DNA of 64,000 bases from Sandaracinaceae bacterium (lineage in GTDB: Bacteria > Myxococcota_A > Polyangia > Polyangiales > Sandaracinaceae), in contig JBGAQA010000022.1 in NCBI GenBank assembly GCA_044220955.1, forward strand, positions 1-64,000. Reading direction: 5' to 3'. The position numbers and the translations under genes are program-made. How positions within the stretch are numbered: the first letter of the stretch is position 1; each line of letters opens with the position of its first letter. Shown piece by piece: positions 60,428 to 64,000 of the stretch. The notes under the pieces are model-generated. The model was not told the DNA's origin. It ran no database searches and saw only the letters and a program-made list of their open reading frames with translations.

Positions 60428-61918
60428 ATGTCGAGACGAGACATCATCGTCGTCGGCGGAGGCGTCGCCGGGCTCGCGACAGGCTGCTACGCGTCGATGA
60501 ACGGCTTCGCCGTGCAGATCGTCGAGCATGGCCTGTCGGCGGGTGGCGTCTGCACCGCGTGGAGACGAGGGCCCTACACCATCGACGGCTGCGTGCACTG
60601 GCTCCTGGGCACCGGGCCGGGCGGCCCGTTCCGGCCGATCTTCGAGGAGCTCGGCATCGTGCGCGACGCACCGCTGCGCCCGATCGAGCACTTCACACGC
60701 TATCAGAACGTGCATGACGGATGGTCGATCGACCTGACCTCCGACCTGGCCGCGGTGCAGCGGGCCATGCTCGACATCGCGCCGGAGGACCGCGCGCTGA
60801 TCGCGCGGATCTTCGAGGGCGCGGCGGCCATGTCGGACTTCGTCTGGCCGGTGTCCGAGCCGCCGGAGCTCGTGCCGCTCCGGGAGAAGCTCCTCGAGCT
60901 CTGGCAGATGCGCAGCGCCGCGCCGGCCTTCCTCCGTTTCCACGGCGACGTGGGGACGTTCTGCCGGGAGCACGTCGCGAGCGCGCGCCTGCGCGAGCTG
61001 CTCGGCGCCTGGATCGCGCCGGAGATGCCCACGTTCTTCCTGCTGATGCTCCTCTCGCAGCTCGCGGGGCGCCAGCTCTGCCGTCCCCGCGGCGGCTCCG
61101 CGGCGCTGCGCGACGCGCTCGTGCGGCGCTTCGTCGAGCTCGGCGGTGAGCTCACGCTCGACACGACCGTCGAGGAGGTCGTCGTCGATCACGGCAGCGT
61201 GGCCGGCGTCCGCCTCGCGGACGGACGCATCCTGCGGGCGGATCGGGTGGTGAGCACCGCGTCGGCGTACGAGACGGCGCTGCGGCTCCTCGGCGGCCGC
61301 TTCCTCGATCGCGCCACGCGCGAGCGCCTCGACGAGTGGCCGAAGTACGAGGCCATCGCGCTCGTGAGCTACGGCGTCGAGCGCCCGCTCGCCGACGCGC
61401 CCTGGTCCTGGATCGTGCACCAGCGCGATCCCTTCACACTCGGGGGGCGCGCCCAGCCACAGCTGAACTTCCGCACGTACAACGACGACCCCGTCTACGC
61501 GCCGGCCGGACACACGGTGATCCAGGCGATGCTCGAGACCGACTACCGCTTCTGGGCGGAGCGCGGCGACGACTACGCGGCCACGCGCGACGAGGCAGCC
61601 TCGGCGCTGCTCGATCGGCTCGAGGAGTCGCTCCCCGGAATCCGCGGCGACGTGCGGATGACGGATGTCGCGACGCCGCTGACCTTCTGGCGCTTCGCGC
61701 GCGTCTGGCGCGGCGCGTTCGAGGGGTGGCTGCCGACCCAGCGAACGTACGGCGTGCGCGTCCCGCGCAAGGTTCCAGGCCTCGCCGGGCTCTACCTCGC
61801 CGGACAGTGGGTCGAGCCGGGCGGCGGCGTGCCGGTGTCGATGATGTCGGGCCGCCACGCCGTGCAGACGCTCTGCGCCGATCTCGGCAAGACCTTCGTC
61901 GCCCAGCGAGCCGAGTAG
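60428..61918 (+). CDS. Phytoene desaturase-like FAD-dependent oxidoreductase
   Basis: IIVVGGGVAGL, GGVCTAWRRG, DVATPLT, LYLAGQWVEPGGGVP. Confidence 0.88.
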   Translation: MSRRDIIVVGGGVAGLATGCYASMNGFAVQIVEHGLSAGGVCTAWRRGPYTIDGCVHWLLGTGPGGPFRPIFEELGIVRDAPLRPIEHFTRYQNVHDGWSIDLTSDLAAVQRAMLDIAPEDRALIARIFEGAAAMSDFVWPVSEPPELVPLREKLLELWQMRSAAPAFLRFHGDVGTFCREHVASARLRELLGAWIAPEMPTFFLLMLLSQLAGRQLCRPRGGSAALRDALVRRFVELGGELTLDTTVEEVVVDHGSVAGVRLADGRILRADRVVSTASAYETALRLLGGRFLDRATRERLDEWPKYEAIALVSYGVERPLADAPWSWIVHQRDPFTLGGRAQPQLNFRTYNDDPVYAPAGHTVIQAMLETDYRFWAERGDDYAATRDEAASALLDRLEESLPGIRGDVRMTDVATPLTFWRFARVWRGAFEGWLPTQRTYGVRVPRKVPGLAGLYLAGQWVEPGGGVPVSMMSGRHAVQTLCADLGKTFVAQRAE

Positions 61919-61925
61919 GCGCGGC

Positions 61926-62579
61926 TCAGCGGCACACGCTCGACTCACACCGCGGCTGCGTCGCCGGGCAGTCGGCCGCGGTGTGGCACCGCCACCAGGC
62001 CGCGCAGCGCGAGGCGCACCCGATGGTGACCCAGTCGCTCTCGGACACGAAGCAGCAGCCGGTGCCGGCCGGGCAGTCCTCCGGGCCGTCGCAGGGCTCC
62101 GCGATGGCCCACGAGGTCGGCGAGCACCCGCCGCAGTAGGTCCGCTCGAGCGTGAGGTCGGTGCAGCACGGCTCGCCGGTGCAGGACGCAGCGCCGCACG
62201 CGACGACGACGCAGTCCGCGAGCCCCTCGTCGGTTCGTCCGTCGCAGTCGTCGTCGAGATCGTTGCAGGCCTCGACGACGCCGCAGTCCCCCGCGAGGCT
62301 CGCATCCTGCGGCGCGTAGTACGCGTGGTTCGCCGCCGGGTCGAAGGCGTCGATCGTGGCCGCGTCGCGCGCGACGGCCGTCGCGTCGAGCGATGCGGGT
62401 GGCCACGCGTCGGCGACGGGCGGCAGGCTCGTGTCGCGGCCCGCGCGCCACGCGTCGCGGGTCACGAAGGCGTCGCGCCCCGCGGCATCGACCGGCGTCT
62501 CCGACACCGCGCAGCCCGCCAGGGCGAGCGCGAGGGCAGCGACAGACGACGGACGCGCTCGCCTCACGAGCCCGATCAC
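61926..62579 (-). CDS. Cys-rich lipoprotein with a putative metal-binding (MopE-like) motif
   Basis: LALAGC lipobox, EACNDLDDDCDGRTDEG, CDGPEDC. Start 62579 or 62567. Confidence 0.7.
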   Translation of the reverse strand: MIGLVRRARPSSVAALALALAGCAVSETPVDAAGRDAFVTRDAWRAGRDTSLPPVADAWPPASLDATAVARDAATIDAFDPAANHAYYAPQDASLAGDCGVVEACNDLDDDCDGRTDEGLADCVVVACGAASCTGEPCCTDLTLERTYCGGCSPTSWAIAEPCDGPEDCPAGTGCCFVSESDWVTIGCASRCAAWWRCHTAADCPATQPRCESSVCR

Positions 62580-62584
62580 GCCCG

Positions 62585-63022
62585 TCAGCCCGCGGCGCGC
62601 GCCCGGGGCGCGGCCTTCTTGCCCGAGACGTTCAGCGCGACCGCGGCGCGGACGAGCGCCTTCAGGGCGCGCGCGTCGATCGTCTCGCCCTGCCGGACGT
62701 CGATGGCGCGTCGCACGTTCCCCTCCAGGCTGGAGTTGAAGAGGCGCGACGGGTCCGCGAGGGCCGCGCCCCTGGCGAACGTCATCTTCACGACGCTCTT
62801 GTAGGTCTCGCCCGTGCAGACGATGCCCTCGTGCGACCAGACGGGGGTCTCCCACTTCCACTCCTCGACGATCGCGGGGTCGGCCTCCTGGATCAGCGCG
62901 CGGAGCCGGCCGAGCATCTCGCCGCGCCAGTCGCCGAGCTGGGCGACCTTCGCGTCGATCCGCTCGGACGCGGACGGGGCCTGCGGGTGATCGGTGGGGC
63001 TCGGCTTCTTCGCGCGCGGCAT
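62585..63022 (-). CDS. DUF1801 (YdhG-like) protein
   Basis: LGDWRGE, EEWKW, GIVCTGETYK, LFNSSLEGNVRRAID. Confidence 0.88.
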   Translation of the reverse strand: MPRAKKPSPTDHPQAPSASERIDAKVAQLGDWRGEMLGRLRALIQEADPAIVEEWKWETPVWSHEGIVCTGETYKSVVKMTFARGAALADPSRLFNSSLEGNVRRAIDVRQGETIDARALKALVRAAVALNVSGKKAAPRARAAG

Positions 63023-63098
63023 CGACGCTCCTCGAGGACAGCTTGAGGCGCGGGCCGCTCGACGCGCAAGAGCGCCCGAGCGGCTGGCCCGCGGCGCG

Positions 63099-63707
63099 TC
63101 AGCTGGCGCCCGTGCGGCGCGCGCGCACCACGAGCGCGACGATGGCCCCGACGACCACGAGCACGATCACCACGGTCGAGTAGGCCGAGACGATCCCCGC
63201 CAGGCGCTCCCAGTTCGCCGACACGAGCCACCCCGCGCCCATGAGAACGGCGTTCCACGCCATCGCCGAGGCGCCGCCGAGCAGCAGCACGCGCCAGAAG
63301 GACAGGTTGCTCATCCCCGCGCCGACGAACACGAAGGCGCGCAGCGCCGGGATGAAGCGGTGCACGACGAGGAAGAGCGAGCCGTGCTGCTCGAAGCGCG
63401 CCTGCACCTCTCGGAGCGCGGCCTCGGCGCGCGGACCGCGGAGCAACGCAGGACGGCTGTCTCGCGCCGCGTAGCGTCGGCCGAGCCACCACATCGCCTG
63501 CCCGCCGACGACCGCGCCGGCGACGAGCGCCGCGTACACGATCGCGGGCTGGTAGCCCGCGCCGAACGCGAGGCACACGCCGAACACCGCGATCGCATCG
63601 CCGGGGAAGGGTGGGAACACGTACTCGATGAGCCCGGCGAGCCCCAGCACGAGGTACGCGGGTGGTCCCTCGTGCGTGCGGAGCCAGTCGAGGATCGAGG
63701 TGAGCAT
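63099..63707 (-). CDS. DedA family membrane protein
   Basis: IEYVFPPFPGD, WWLGRRY, RFIPALR, AGMS. Confidence 0.88.
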   Translation of the reverse strand: MLTSILDWLRTHEGPPAYLVLGLAGLIEYVFPPFPGDAIAVFGVCLAFGAGYQPAIVYAALVAGAVVGGQAMWWLGRRYAARDSRPALLRGPRAEAALREVQARFEQHGSLFLVVHRFIPALRAFVFVGAGMSNLSFWRVLLLGGASAMAWNAVLMGAGWLVSANWERLAGIVSAYSTVVIVLVVVGAIVALVVRARRTGAS

Positions 63708-63762
63708 CGGCACCGGCACGTTCCCACGCGCGCGGCGGGCGCGCACCCGGGTACCATGCGGC

Positions 63763-64000
63763 ATGCGCAGAGCCCTGCTCCTCGTCCCCGTGCTCGTCGT
63801 CGCGAGCGCGGCCCAGGCCGATCCACCCATCGACGACACGCTGGCCGGCTACGCGCTGGCGCTCGCGGAGCGGCCGCACGACACCGCGCTGCTGCGCGAG
63901 CGGGCGGAGCTCTTGCTGATGTCCGGCCAGCCCGCCCAGGCCCTCGACGACCTGCGCCTCGCGCTCGCGCTCGCGCCGGAGGACTCCTCCTCGCTCGTCC
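63763..64000 (+). CDS. Secreted TPR protein (3' end outside window)
   Basis: MRRALLLVPVLVVASAAQA signal peptide, then LLRERAELLLMSGQPAQALDDLRLALALAP. Confidence 0.7.
   Translation, partial: MRRALLLVPVLVVASAAQADPPIDDTLAGYALALAERPHDTALLRERAELLLMSGQPAQALDDLRLALALAPEDSSSLV

Noticed and set aside
60428..61918. Carotenoid biosynthesis (crtI) assignment
   Set aside because: No crtB/crtE neighbours; the family motifs support only a generic phytoene desaturase-like oxidoreductase.

Overview
High-GC bacterial DNA whose gene content points to a myxobacterium (Myxococcota, probably Polyangiales/Sandaracinaceae-like; this is inference). The evidence is several Hanks Ser/Thr kinases, Cys-rich lipoproteins with Asp-Ala-Gly linkers, AgmX/PglI-type C-terminal domains and an FHA-sigma54 regulator. 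Housekeeping genes include rnr, a pyrimidine-nucleoside phosphorylase, sodB, der, era, a fused aroK-aroB and tRNA-Thr(CGT). The most striking region is a co-oriented, tightly coupled block at about 8.4-21.2 kb: a YeeE/YedE pair, an aldolase-SDR fusion, NnrS, a B12-binding radical SAM enzyme, a molybdopterin oxidoreductase, a DUF2249 protein and a ~1430-aa activase/reductase fusion. The fusion has the domain architecture of the anaerobic plasmalogen/ether-lipid synthases (PlsA-PlsR/Ger type). The block looks like an uncharacterised anoxia/NO-linked Fe-S radical module, possibly for oxygen-independent ether-lipid synthesis or modification. Other points: a head-to-head pair of phospholipase C-family lipoproteins; REP-like intergenic elements; a 63/87-bp intergenic tandem repeat; two pseudogene remnants (TrmO-like and GIY-YIG); a tRNA-adjacent toxin-antitoxin islet; and a recurrent TANNNT motif 5-9 nt before start codons, suggesting leaderless transcription. 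All product calls come from recognising motifs by eye; no database searches were run.
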